Below, in pieces: positions 23,509 to 36,964 of a stretch of 64,000 nucleotides of DNA. The position numbers and the translations under genes were made by a program. The stretch comes from Podarcis liolepis (lineage: Eukaryota), in NCBI GenBank assembly GCA_965112155.1, contig OZ218098.1. One strand, written 5' to 3'. The notes below the pieces were generated by a model. That model ran no database searches. It was not told the DNA's origin and worked only from the letters and a program-made list of their open reading frames with translations. The number at the start of each line of letters is the position of its first letter. Position 1 is the stretch's first letter.

Positions 23509-25759
23509 CTGAAAAAACAAAGAAAAGGAAAATAAAAATTAATCACTATCAGTTCTGTGCGCTCCAGATCTTGAATGATCCCTCAGTACTTAGAACACAC
23601 TGCAGATAAATTGCTTCACTATGCATTGCTATAGGCTAGCAGCCGTGAGATTTTTAATAGGAAGTATTGTTGTGTTGAGCTTATCGTGTTGCACACCAAA
23701 AACAACATGGAGGCTAGATCAGTGCTAGCAATGAAGCTTCCATTTTCTCTACAAATTGGTTCCAATATAGCATATGCTACCCATTCTACCTGCCTCAGGT
23801 GTTAAAGATCTGCTTTCCTACAACTCAAGCTAATATCTGCAGTTGATCAATAGTAATGGCTTAATTAATATGGAAAGGAAAAAGGAGTGTAGGGGTGGGG
23901 TTTGGGGGGAAGGGGTAGGAAACCATTTTGTAGCAGTATTTGAACAGAAGATTGCTATAGTGGATGGTTCTTCTTTTTCATCTTCTAACACATTTACTCA
24001 AAAATTACAATAGAGCTTTGTCCACTGCCATAATATCACAGAATGATCACTCCAATCCTAAAATCCCTCACCACGGTCATGTTGACTCGCCAAATATCCT
24101 CAATAGGAACTCAACTACAAATCCGATTTACTAGACAGTTCACTTGTCTCGTGGATGGTTCTTTGAAAAATATTTTAAAGTGATGTTGTTGTTTTTATTT
24201 AAAAAAATGTTACTTCCATGAGCTTTGGAGTGAAGGGAAGTTAAAATTCAGATGAAACATCTCATTATTCTCATGCTTAGTGTGAGGACAGGAAGTTGAG
24301 ACAAATTAACCCATGATGCCACGTGCATCATAGGACATATAGCACACATAACCTAGACCTAACAATCACTAGTTTTCCAGTGGAAAGGTTTGCTAACTAA
24401 AGGTAATAGAGATTACTTAAGGTGTGAAGACACTCAATTGACTGTTGATATATACTTCTGCTCCAGCAGGACATTTCCCTTCCACTCGTGGCCATCTGCT
24501 GCCAACTGCTCTGTGTGAAGGCTTCCAGGAGAGATACAGTGGCAGGTTAAGACAACATTAAGTGCCTACTCTGGAGCCAAGTGAACTGCCCCCCTCTCTC
24601 TGGGTCACATACTACCAACTGTCCTGCAGAAAGAAATCCAGGAGAGAGAGAGGCAGTGGAAGACAAGCCTAGGAACTTGTTCCTGCTCCATCTGCACTGT
24701 TCCCTACTCTGCTGCAGGGCCACATCCATCATCAGCTGCCCTGTAGGACAAATTGACAAATTCCTAGAGAGAGGAGGAGGGAGGTGACAATGATGCTTGG
24801 AGCTTGTATTGCCCCAGTTCTGGATAGTTTTGGTTTATGTGCATGGGTTGGTTGGTTGGTTTTAAAAAATGTAGCTCTACATTTTATAAAAAAAAACATG
24901 GAGCATTTGAAATATTATATTACAAATAAAATTGAAAATACAAGGCATTAAAAATAAATTATAAACATTATGAGTTGTTTTGAGGGCACCCCTTTAAAAG
25001 TGGGACAAACCCCCCCCCCCCCGCACTGATCTCCAAGTTGACTAGCACCTGCTTTTGGTCAAATTCACTAAGGTATGTGTTATCGCATGGAGTAATTGCA
25101 CCCACACCCTGAATACTGAGATGATGCATACATATTGAATAAGCTCTGTCCCCATCTTTCTTAGCATTAACACAAAGATTTGCAACATAAACAAACAGCT
25201 GTGTGGGTACCGGCTGAGGCATGCCTGCAATTGTAAGTATGTATATCAGCACTATAGTGATTTGCTGACACTTACATACAGTCATCAAAATTCTAGTCGC
25301 CAAACATATTGCCTATCACTTTTAGTTTCTCTTAGTTTCTCATTATTCAAAACTAAAGTGCAATTCTCTATATTTCCACATTAGTTCGCAGTTTAAAAAA
25401 GAAATCCTCATGAAAATTCGCCAGCATTTCAATGTGAATTTCTCCTAATTTACACAATTTTGTATGAAGTTTGGCCAAACATACACATCTGTGCAAAGCA
25501 GTGTTCCCTAAATAAATCCATGTTGATATGCTATTTTTTCTTATATATTCATTTTTATGAACACTTTATCAAAATATATGCATGTCTGTACCTTGTTAGA
25601 TAACTGCATTGCAAAATTCAGAGAAGTGAAAATTTGGAAGGATGGCTGGGTTTTGATTCATGTATTGTACAGGAACATGTGAGTTAGGTAGCTTTGTTTT
25701 AAAATGTGAACTGAACTGAATTGCAGCCAATTGAACTGATGTTTCAGAACTGATGTTTC

Positions 25760-26154
25760 AGTACGTTTCCGAGCACAATTCAAAGTGTTGGTGCTGACCT
25801 TTAAAGCCCTAAACGGCCTTGGTCCAGTATATCTGAAGGACCGTCTCCACCCCCATCGTTCTACCCGGACACTGAGGTCCAGCACCGAGGGCCTTCTGGC
25901 AGTTCCCTCACTGTGAGAGGCCAAGTTACAGGGAACCAGGCAGAGGGCCCTCTCGGTAGTGGCGCCTTCCCTGTGGAACACCCTCCCACCAGATGTCAAA
26001 GAGAACAACAACTACCAGGCTTTTAGAAGACATCTGAAGGCAGCCCTGTTTCGGGAAGCTTTTAATGTTTGATGCATTATAGTATTTTAATATTCTTTTG
26101 GAAGCCGCCCAGAGTGGCTGGGGAAGCCCAGCCAGATGGGCGGGGTATAAATAA

Positions 26155-26198
<44 letters not shown>
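25760..26198 (+). mobile_element. L2-clade LINE, 5'-truncated 3' end with (TAT)n tail
   Basis: Encodes FRAQFKVLVLTFKALNGLGPVYLKDRL (L2 RT C-terminus). Ends ggaagccgcccagagtggct...ataaataaa(tta)n. Confidence 0.8.
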
Positions 26199-27979
26199 GT
26201 GTAAAGTAAGGCTGCAGACGCAGCAGTCTCCTCAGATGCACACAAACTATTGCCCCTCTTCACCTACACACCATTTGCCATGAGTGCAAACCAGCTGTGG
26301 GTCACAGAAGAAAAGCTGTGCTCCCTTTTCACAAGGTGCTGCTGCAGAGAAGCAAAGCACAGCATGCTAAATGCAATTCCGATCGCTTTCACTTCTGCAC
26401 TCCCAATACTGCCGCTTCCAGCTGCTAGTAGAACAAAATGTACTCTATATTATACACACACTTACTGGCTGCATGTAAAGAAACACAGTCGCGCACACCT
26501 CCCTGCTCTTGCTGTGGACTGTATTAGGAAGTGAAGTCAAGCATGAAATGGCTCTTTTTGACACCTTCAGCTCGAATGGGCCCTGCCTGAAACTGTCTGC
26601 GCCACTGTCTGGGCATGTGTGTAGAGCTGGCAAGTATCAGTGCATGTGGTGCCAGTGGGCATGGGGATTAATCGACAATAAGAGGACCCAAGTCCTTTCT
26701 TTCTTTCTTTCCTATTTTAACGTGGTGCCCATGTTGTAGTCCAACCTCTGTAGGGCTGACTAAAGCTGAATTGGCTAAATGGCAGAAGGAGCATCTGTAG
26801 AAGTGTTTAGCATCTCCCTCATCTGTAGAAATCAGTGGTTTTGGGCAGAGTCTCATGGAACTTTGAGTAAAAAGATAAACTGAGTCTTTTCATGTGCTTC
26901 TGTTTAACAGTTATGGCTGGTGGCTGTCTGTTTTCATAAAAAGAGCATAGAAAAGAAGACAAAAGGAAGGAAGAATTTATATAAACAAGGTATCAAATGC
27001 ATTCCCTGAATTTTTGCAAGTCTACCATTATCCTCATTGGCTTGACCTTAAAGTCAAAACCCTGTAAGATTCAGTAGCTCTAATAGTAAGACCAGCATTA
27101 GCACTTGTAAACCTGCCTTGGGACAAAATATGGTGTTCCTCTTTTAGATATTAAACTATCTATTTTTTCTAAAATCCCTATATCTACAGCAAAAGGGGAA
27201 TCTTATTAAATTGTTAGAACTTGGCATTATTCCTTTCAGGGCTGTGCTCATGGGGGCAGGTGGGGGGGGAAGCAGACCAGAAAGGAAGGTTCAAGAACAT
27301 TAGGAAAGGCCGTGGAAACATTTGCAGATGGAGGAAACGGTTGCTGGTAAATGTTACTACTAGCCCAGAGACGTGGGGAGCAGGAGACTGTAGCCTTGCT
27401 GAATCTTGGCAGGCACATGAGGGAGCCAAAAGGGAGCATTAGAGCTCCTCCTGAAGCCTGCTCCAAATGTCAATCTAACATTTGCAGAAGTGCGCAGAAC
27501 TGTTTTGAGAAGAAATATCGGACGAGAAGGTCAAGGCTGGAAAAGTTGTACAAAGTCAGCAAGCCAAATGAGAAGAACACACGGGCTGAAATTGTGCTTT
27601 GAGAATCCATTCCTTCTTCCATAACTGTGGGGCACATGTATAAAGATGTATTTAAGATGCAGGCAAAGGGCTTTCTCATCAAGTCGATTCTGATACAGCA
27701 TGCTTCTGAATACCAGCTGCTGTGAATCACAGGTGGACAGGGTGCTATTGCACTCATCATGTTCTGCTTGCGTGCTTCCCGGGGGCATCTAGTTGGCCAC
27801 TGTGACAAAGTGGAAAGGAGTTTAGAAGAGCGGTAAGTCTCCACTGCCTGGCCTACCATGCCACACCCCCCACCACACCCCAAAGACCTTCGGGGGACCT
27901 AATCCAGCCTTGGCTGAGCTGGCTTCTGCTGAGCTGGCTGAGCCCCAGTTGAGCCAGGATAGGGCACTTACACCTGTGC

Positions 27980-28107
27980 TACCTGTTCTCGAAGCTACCA
28001 GCATGAGTTGACCAAACTGCGGGAGGCAGTGGAAGACAGGAGTGCCTGGAGTGCTCTGGTCCATGGGGTCACGAAGAGTCGGACACGACTAAACAACTAA
28101 ACAACAA
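27980..28107 (+). mobile_element. RTE-BovB LINE extreme 3' end
   Basis: ...ggtccatggggtcacgaagagtcggacacgactaaacaactaaacaacaa tail, flanked by a perfect 19-bp TSD agggcacttacacctgtgc (27961-27979 and 28108-28126). Confidence 0.85.
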
Positions 28108-29500
28108 AGGGCACTTACACCTGTGCACCTCCAGCTGAACCAGAATGGGAGACTCACCTGACTCAGACATAGATCTGCCTATTCCAAACACAAACTTGCC
28201 CAATCATCCTGGGCAAACTTGGCTTTGGATTGTTCCCTACGAAATCTTATGAATTGAATAGCTTTAGGACAGCTCAAGCTACCAATAAAGAGCTATTTGT
28301 GGCTTTGCATGATTGAACAAATAATGTAACGAAGCACAACAAACCTTGTGACCCATGAGTGAAATGCTACATTTCTATTTGCCAGAAGAAATTCAGAAGC
28401 AGGAGAAAGACAGAGATTATTAAATTTGCCTTAAATGAAAAAGCCCTGCTTGTAAACTAGTGATTTATTTATTTTTAAGTCTGACAAATAAATCAGCTTT
28501 TGGGAAGTGTTATGGAGCAGAGCAGGCAGCAATTAGGGAGATAATGACAGCATTGCTAGCTTGGGGGGGGGGAGTACAGTATACCATTTAATTTGGGGTT
28601 CCAAGTTGCACCTTCCAAACTTAAAAATACAAGTTCAACTATATGGTGTTTATAACACCAGGAGGTGGGAGGAGGGTTCTGCACATCCCTTTCTTACCCC
28701 ATCAAAGTACTGCCACTTTTCTCTTGCATAACTTTTGTAAAGCTGTAAAATTGCCGGTTGGCGACTGTCTGAAAGCACTTCAGACAAATGGCAATATTAC
28801 TCTACAGAAGGGTATCATCAATAGGATAGTAAGTTGGGCCCACTGCAGCTTCTAATCAGCTCATCAATAGTGATGTGATGACTCTTTTTCTCCTTAAGTA
28901 CAGGGCCAATTTGTTTCACAGCCTTACTGCGAGGAGAATTGAAAGAGAGGAAGAGACGTCTATTTTCTGCAGGCCAGACCCAGCAGAAAGGCAAAGGACG
29001 AGATGCACCCCCCCCTCCTGCAACTGCCCACAACTGGCCCTTGAATATTACTTCAACACTGGCAGGAGAGCAGCATCCTTCACCGCAGCTGAGGGCAGCA
29101 GGTTAGCTGAGGGACCACAGGGCAAGCCACCCACAATGCTTTCTCCTGCAACACCTGAGCACCACTCCCTACCCTCACCCCCGCAAGAGTTTCTGCCACC
29201 TGAATCAGCCACCTCACTCTGCCTTATGGTAGGGCCAGCCCTGCCAGAGGCTAACAGTGCAATGCAGGCAGTGGTAATAGATGATCAGCAGCACATATAT
29301 AGGGCTTTCACGTATAAAATGGGAAACTTCCCCCAAAATGAATATTTTGGGCAGAATATAATGAGTCCCGTCATCAGAAGCCCTGTGCAAGGACTTCTGC
29401 TTGTGCAATGGGCTTACCCCACTGCCCCCCACCTCCTGCAACTTACCTAGGGAGGCGGGTCTGAAGAACCTATGCAACAGCTCATGGGGGGAGAAGAGTA

Positions 29501-29726
29501 CACTGGTACCTTGGGTTAAGAACTTAATTCGTTCTGGAGGTCCTTTCTTAACCTGAAACTGTTCTTAACCTGAGTTACCACTTTAGCTAATGGAGCCTCC
29601 TGCTGCCGCCGCATCACCGCCATGCAATTTCTATTCTTAGCATGAAGCAAAGTTCTTAACCCGAGGTACTATTTCTGGGTTAGCGGAGTCTGTAACCTGA
29701 AGCATCTGTAACCCGAGGTACCACTG
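29501..29726 (-). mobile_element. Tc1/mariner (Tigger/pogo-like) MITE
   Basis: CACTGGTACC...GAGGTACCACTG termini. Inverted homolog of 32491-32706. Confidence 0.8.
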
Positions 29727-32490
29727 CACTTAGGGAAGAATGTTCAACTCCAAAGTGTGTTTCAGCCTCCTTACCAGGTTTTATAGAAAGTAAGTACTAA
29801 CTACAGCTAACTACTCTTGCTTACTTATTTCTTATTTCTTTTAATACCCAGATTTGGTTGCTAATAACATTTGGTTTACCCCTATGTCAAACACATACTT
29901 ATAGATCATCGTTGAAGGGGTTAAGATGGGAGGTAATTCCTTTTCTATTGCAATCTTGATGTGGTGAAGAATTGGATCAGAACATAGTTATCCCTCAGTT
30001 TTCACATTTCTCTGAATTTTGTAATACAATTATTGGCTCCCCTCCTCAGTGCTGCATGTGATCTATACAGAGCACCCCCACATTTACAAAGAGTTTCCTT
30101 GGGAATGAAATGTATGAAGTGGAATAACATAATGACCATGTAAGTTACATATGTTGTGTAATGTTACCACAGAGGACAGAGAGACAAATGACATCATTTT
30201 TGGCATAAGACAAACTGCAGTAGAGTGGAAGCAGTGATGTATACAGAGCAGAAAGAGACACAGCACCTTCTAACACCCCTAGGTGGGACTAACTACATAT
30301 AACATAGTGTTACTACAGCACTTCCGGGGAAATGGTGGCTGACTAAGCATGATTAACATTACATTGTTCTAAATTTATTTTTTCTCTTTTATCACTTTCA
30401 TTTTCTTAATTGATAGGGCTACATTATTTATTTAGCAAGCAACTCTGGTTCATTTATTTCATCAGGAGGCTGCATTTAAAACAAAAATAAATAAATCATG
30501 ACCCACCCATGCATTTAGATTTTAACCGTAGGAATAACTCAGATGCATTGGCTGATTAATTTCATACTAACAGAGAGTGGCTTGTGGAATCCAGGCAGCA
30601 ACACCAGGATAAAATCTTTCCTGTTTGAAGAACGCATGCAAAAACCCCAACTTCAAAAGAAGGGGAACAACAGTATAACTGTCCAACCCCACATTTAAGT
30701 GAGAAACTTGGCTTCATTACTCTAGCCCCCCCCCAGCCAGTTATTATGTTGCAGACTAGGGCCCCAATCCATGTCTAGCCCCTTACTTAATGAACTTGTG
30801 GCCTTGGGTAGGGGTGATCATCTACATCAGATGTGTCCATAAAGTTCAATATGGACCAGATGAGCATCACAATCCACATTGGGCCCCCAGGAGAATTGGA
30901 GATTTTCTCTAATGTGCCTAGTGTATGCTGGGGTACAGCTTTTCTTCTAAACTTTTAGGTGTGGATTGGAATCCCCCTAACTCACCCTTGTACAGGAGGT
31001 TTGTGCTCACATGTTGGAATATTTGTCCTTCTTTCCTTAGCTATCTGACCCTTGTACCATCTTGCAAACGTCTTTCAATAGTCCCTCAATTATCAAAAGT
31101 AATTCCCCATGTACTGGGGGTGAGTGGGTGGAAAAACAAATATAACATGCCTTCTGGCTCACAGAACTTTTTTTTCATAATTATCTAGCTCCTGAAATGA
31201 AACCAAATGCCCAAATAACTGAGGAAATAGAACACAGTAACTCTGTGGGAGCTAAAACACATCTGGGTCCAGCCAGTACTTGGATGGTGGACCACATGAG
31301 AAACCTACAATGCTGGAAGAAAGGAGGGGCAAATAAATATTAGCTAGATTCTGACATCCATTAATTTATTGGGTTTAGAAGGGTTTCCCTCCCCTCAAAC
31401 TTTTAATGCTATGTATATTTGATTCTGTTTCAGAAATCAGTAGTTAAAATTCTGGTAACTTTTCTTCCACCTACCTAGAGTCTTGTTCATCAATCATAGA
31501 CCTAAACTATTTCACACCAGCTCCTTGGTGCTTTTGTAAAAGTAGCCCAGGGAGCTCATTATGTCAAGCACACTATATATTATCTTGCCTTTTTTTGATA
31601 GTGTACATTTTGCTAGAATGATCCTGATGGTTTCTCACCATAGTTTCACTGAGTGTCCCAGATGCCACTTTGACATTGCATATTTTAAACAGACAGGAGA
31701 CAGCATTTGGGCTTATTATCTTGACAAAGGTCAGCTGGTAAAACTGTTAGGGCTCTGTTCCTCTTTAGTGTCGTGCAATTCCAGCATTGTTGCCGAGCTG
31801 ATAAATAAATTCAATCAAGTTTCTGCACAAAAGAAGCTCTGACAGACAAAGAAAGGAGAGGTCTGTGCACGGCGTTTCATAAGGGCAATCAACGATTTTA
31901 TCTCTCTAATGCAAAAGCATTAGCAAGGATTTTACCCTTGAGTGCCTTAACCTCAAGAGCATTCATTTTACCAGATCTGCCTCTATAGCCCCAAAGTGGC
32001 AGGACTCCATTGAAAGCACAGCATTAGGAACATTGATTACAAGAAATGGTAAACAAAAGGATGTTGCAGTGCTCTTAAGGGCCACTCATGGGGTGTTTTC
32101 AAAAATGGTTACATTAAAAGCCACCCCTTCTTGAAACCCAGCAAGCAAAGTTACATGAAGCCTGAAATCATTCGCTCCTCTACAACAGGCGCTGGATTTG
32201 GCAGATTTAATAAAACGATTATTACAACTATCAAGATTATTGCCTGCTGGATCAGGCCAGTGGTGCATCTAGTTCAGCATCTTGTTCTCACAGTGGCCAA
32301 CCAGATGTCCACGGAGAGCCTGCAAGAAGGATCTGAGCTCAACTCAGCCCACCTCTGATTCCTAACAACTTGAATTCAGAAGCACAATGCCTCCAACATT
32401 GGTGACTGAAAATAGCTATCAGCATTAGCAGCCACAGATAGCCTTAGATGATGATGATTAAATTTTGTACATTAATATAATACACATATA

Positions 32491-32706
32491 CAGTGGTACC
32501 TCGGATTACATGCGCTTCAGGTTACAGACTCCACTAAACCCAGAAATAGTACCTTAGGTTAAGAAATTTGCTTCAGGGTGAGAACAGAAATTGTGCAGCA
32601 GCAGCAGGAGGCCCCATTAGCTAAAGTGGTGCTTCAGGTTAAGAACAGTTTCAGGTTAAGAACAGACCCCCAGAACGAATTAAGTTCTGAACCTGAGGTA
32701 CCACTG
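32491..32706 (+). mobile_element. Tc1/mariner (Tigger/pogo-like) MITE
   Basis: TIRs CAGTGGTACCTC / GAGGTACCACTG with TA on both sides. Confidence 0.85.
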
Positions 32707-35404
32707 TATAAATTTATTAATGATTATGATGATCAAGAATATATCTTGCCTTACTTAAAAGAAAAAGGCAACTTAGAGAACAATTATTTTCATGGGGCAT
32801 GAAATTAGCCAGCACTGTGTTTTGGGGGCCCCTGGGCAAGCTGCCCAAGCAGGCCCTCTTCCCTGAGTTGGACTACTTCCTCCTCAACCTTGTTGCCACT
32901 GCTCATGTGCTTGTGCCCTTCCTCTAGGCCCAATCTTCATGGCTGCCAAGAGCATAAGGGAAAGGCAAGTGTTGGCTGCTGGTCCTTCTCCTTGTGCTTC
33001 TCCCTGTTTCTTCACCCAGAAAGTGCAGTCAAAGAAGCAGCAGGCACCATGGGTAGGCACCGCAGTGCTGCCACCACCCCCCAAGAAAGGCAACCCTTGA
33101 TTCCAGTTTGCAAAACCCTGGCTAAACCACAGAGGAAACTGAAGCTGATTTCTTACTGAACTCTGCTACTTGGATTCCCAAGGCAAAGTGGGAGACGGGG
33201 GCTGGAAGGGAGGTGGAGAGAATGCTTTTTTATGGAAAACCTGTATCTCTAGAGCACTCTATGCACAAGCTTCAAAACAACACAGCAAACACTGCAGTTC
33301 CACACTATTCTAAGGTCTAGTATCTAGTAATTTTCACAATTACTGAAACACAACACAGGAAGATGTCCAGGAGGAGCTCAAGCACCTCCTCGGAACTGCA
33401 TGTGCCTCCTTTGGAAGAATCAGTTCATACTTCATGAATCACAGGCCTTAAAGAGACTGGATCAGTGGTCCTCTATCCTGCCTCAAACAAGGGGCTTCCC
33501 TGTCTGCATTCAAGCTTGAGACACACTCTCTCTCTCTCTCTCTCTTTCAGAATTCAGTGCATTCTACCAGGTGTGACCTTTCCAAACAGTGGCGGCGGCT
33601 GTGCTTTTGCATCCACGTTCCATATCGGACAACATCTCCAGCCCATCCATCAAAATGTCCAAGTGGTGATTGCATATCTTCATATGGAGAGGGAGTCAAT
33701 TAAGGGTGAGTCATTAATGTGAAATCATTCCACTTCTCCCAAAATGAATAGAAGTGAATTGGCACAGTGTTGGGCCAGTGCCGACTTCTCAGTTGGACAC
33801 GAGTGGATCAGAGTGGAAGCACAGAGACAGAGTGAACTCATTTCATAGATAGCATCTCCAAGCCCAGTATGGTAATTTCAAAAATTGGAAATAATTTCTT
33901 ATGACAAATGAATCCACTTCTTCCCAGCCATTTTCTCATCAAGGCATTTCACTTCATCAATGCCAACAGTAACTGCTTGCCTTGGCAAAAAAACCCAAAA
34001 AAACCCTGAAGGCAACAGAAGAAGAGAGAGAGAAGAATCAAGAACCAAGATGGGGCAATGCCAACTCTGAAATGGGACTCCTGACACTTTGTGACCTAGA
34101 GAGGCAATGGAGCTTGGCTCCAGCAAATGAGCTCAGGGAATTCAATAGGAGAGAAGAGAGATATGACATTCAAGGCTGGTTCACACATTTACACAGAGGC
34201 AAAGCTAGGTTTACTTCCAAGTATACACTCTACAGAACGGGCAGCCAACTATTAGTCTCTGATAAGTAGACCTGTATGGTGTGTATGTTTTTAGATGTGC
34301 TTCCATCACATTTTGTCTTTACAATACTATATGTATACTTGACACATCTTACTGTAAGTGCACCTCAGTTGTGGAAGGCGCGCCCCAGAAATCTAGCATC
34401 TGCACTGCAGCATTTTCAGCACCAGATGAAGACCTCCCCTCTGCCCAGGGCTTTTCAATCGTCAATTTGCAACTTTTCTTTTCTTTCCTTTTTTCAGTGC
34501 TTTTAAGATCTTTGGAACTGTTGCCTCCCCACCCCCACTTTTTAGGTTGAAATCTGAATTTATTCTGTTGATGGTTTTATTCTGTTTTAGATTTCATTCT
34601 TATTTTTTATTATATTTTATATATGTATAAATCACCCAGAGAACCTTTTGCTATTGGGTGGCATATAAATACAGTAAGTATGTAAAACAAAAATACATAC
34701 AATGCAACGTAATGTATGAAGTGGCTTGTTGATTTATGTCCCTATAGCCCAAACCTATGCAAGGCCGGCTTGGCTGAACTACATGGACTATTTATTATGC
34801 AAGTGTTTTCACAAAACATTTGAGCCTGAAAGTTTAAATCTTCCCTCCCATACATGCAAGCACATACGGGATCATACGCCCAATCTTTTCAGCAAAAAAA
34901 GGGAGAGCGCTTTTCAGAGTTTTCCTATACAACTCTTCTTATATAAAAAAGCTACTGATGAGAATATTTCCTATATATTAATTTGGAGCAGGGATTAGTG
35001 CGGTAATAATTAAAACAAACATAATTATACTTATCCCTTCCCCTCTGAAATTAGATTAATGATGGTGATATTTCCGCACCAAAGCATGCTTCAGACATCA
35101 TTGCCTGTGTCAGGACTAAGCAGAGCTGGAAGCACACAGCAAAGGGGAAGAGGGTTCATGGGTGGATGAGGGGATTCATTTCTCCCCCCTCTCTTAATTC
35201 ACATGGACAGATCTGAGAACTCCCACACAGAAAAGGAAACAGGGATACATTTCAGTGCTGTCAGAGAAATGTAGGTGCACATTTTAATTTCCTTGAGAAA
35301 TTACTCCATTCCAGTAAGCAAGCAGGGTGTGTTTGTGCCCTACTTTACTTTAAACAGAGGGGTCTATTTAAAGGGTTGTCCAGTCCAAGGCCATTTCAAG
35401 GATA

Positions 35405-35724
35405 AAGAAGAAGAAGAAGAAGAAGAAGAAGAAGAAGAAGAAGAAGAAGAAGAAGAAGAAGAAGAGGAGGAGGAGGAGGAGCAGCAGCTTGGATTTGATA
35501 TCCTGCTTTATCACTACCTGAAGGAGTCTCAAAGCGGCTAACATTCTCCTTTCCCTTCCTCCCCCACAACAAACACTCTGTGAGGTGAGTGGGGCTGAGA
35601 GACTTCAAAGAAGTGTGACTGGCCCAAGGTCACCCAGCAGCTGCATGTGGAGGAGCGGGGACGCGAACCCGGTTCCCCAGATTACGAGTCTACCGCTCTT
35701 AACCATTACACCACACTGGCTCTC
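35405..35724 (-). mobile_element. tRNA-derived CORE/MIR-like squamate SINE with a (CCT)n(CTT)n tail
   Basis: Minus strand starts GAGAGCCAGTGTGGTGTAATGGTTAAGAGC (A box) and has a GGTTCGCGTCCC B box plus a core-like gtgaccttgggccagtcac. Trinucleotide tail at 35405-35481. Confidence 0.75.
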
Positions 35725-35761
35725 AAGAAGGAAGAGTGGTTGTTTTGAAATTGCTCAAACA

Positions 35762-35900
35762 CATAGCTCAGTCAGTAGAGCATGAGACTCTTAATCTTAG
35801 GGTCATGGGTTTGAGCCTCACGTTCGCCAAAAGATTCCTGCATTGCATAGATGACCCTCGTGGTCCCCTCCAACCCTGCAAGTTTATGATTATGTGATTC
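35762..35900 (+). mobile_element. tRNA-Lys-derived SINE with CR1-like 3' tail
   Basis: tagctcagtcagtagagcatgagactcttaatcttagggtcatgggtttgagcc follows tRNA-Lys(CTT), then a tagatgaccctcgtggtcccctccaacc...tgattct CR1-type tail. Confidence 0.7.
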
Positions 35901-35962
35901 TAATAGCCCTGGACAGGAGACTGAGCCAACACACAAGTCAATGGGTAACAATCTTCCTACCA

Positions 35963-35965
<3 letters not shown>

Positions 35966-36002
<37 letters not shown>

Positions 36003-36012
36003 GGGGGGGGGG
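35966..36012 (+). repeat. (CT)n microsatellite followed by a G run
   Basis: Seen directly. Confidence 0.95.
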
Positions 36013-36964
36013 TGTGGCTGGCAATTTGCAATGTTTGCTGACAATATATGTTCAAAATGTTCAAAGTTACCCCAATCATCATGAAGCCACCTTTCTTGTT
36101 AAGAAGAGCACAGATATCAACTGAGTACAACCATGGATTTTCTGGCAAGGCGAAAGCTTCCTGTGCTGGCCCACAATGAAGTTTACTTTTGGTGCAACAA
36201 TGCATGACAATCTATTAAAGGCTCTGATGATCACATTATACACCCAGTGTAAAAGTTCCCTCCCTGCCCCCCCCCCACATACTTGTGCTATATGAAATCA
36301 AGGATATAGAACCACAGATCATTTTTCAATTGTTGCATCACTGAAATAATAAAGATGGATGGTTGGACTTTTTAATGAATTTTTTATTGTTCGTTCATCC
36401 TCCCTAAATGTGGATTAATTACTTGGTTTATTTACAGTACATTAGGAAATTCGAAGGAACTGTCAAGCACTCAGGGTCATTTGCTAGGATATGCTTTTTC
36501 CTCCTCCAACGCTGGAGGTCACATAAGTCTTATACAGATGCCACTTGCATAAAAGACTGCAAAGGAACTGCAAAGGTCCAACTGAGTGTCTTCACAGAAT
36601 CATAGAATTGGAGAGTTGGAAGGGACTAAAGGGTCATGGAGCCCAACCCCCTGCAGTGCAGGAATCTCAGCTAAAGCATCCATGACAGATGTGTGAGCAA
36701 ATTCCATGATTTAGCTATGCGCTCTGTGAAGAAGTACCATATTTTGCTTGCCCTGAATCTTCCAATCTTCCAAAATCTTCAATTTTATTATATGTCCTTG
36801 AATTCTAATTAAAATAGGAGCCACCAGCAATAGCACTTGTTTACTAGACCGGCTTCTTTGTCGCTGCTGTACTCAGATGCCTCAAGGTAAGGGAGGAGGA
36901 GGGAAGCCACCATTGCCAGAGGGACAGGGGGAGGCAGGAACACTTCGCTGCCACTGCCACCAGG

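Noticed and set aside
27675-27705. Minus-strand ACCIRIDLM resembling the SS3 microexon DCIRINCNS
   Set aside because: It lies upstream of the LNS4 exon in transcript order, matches only CIRI, lacks proper splice sites and borders a CR1-type repeat end.
28875-29450. Longest ORF in the track (191 aa)
   Set aside because: No recognisable domain, low-complexity GC-rich sequence, non-ATG start, and antisense within an intron.
34412-34435. REST/RE1 site (TTCAGCACC)
   Set aside because: Only the left half-site matches, there is no GGACAG half, and it sits within an L2 remnant.
35275-35608. Poly-Glu / poly-Leu ORFs (also poly-Lys at 11582-12010 and the ER repeats)
   Set aside because: Translations of microsatellites.
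35762-35830. tRNA-Lys(CTT)-like sequence as a tRNA gene
   Set aside because: The acceptor stem and T-loop are mutated and it runs into a CR1-type tail, so it is a SINE head.
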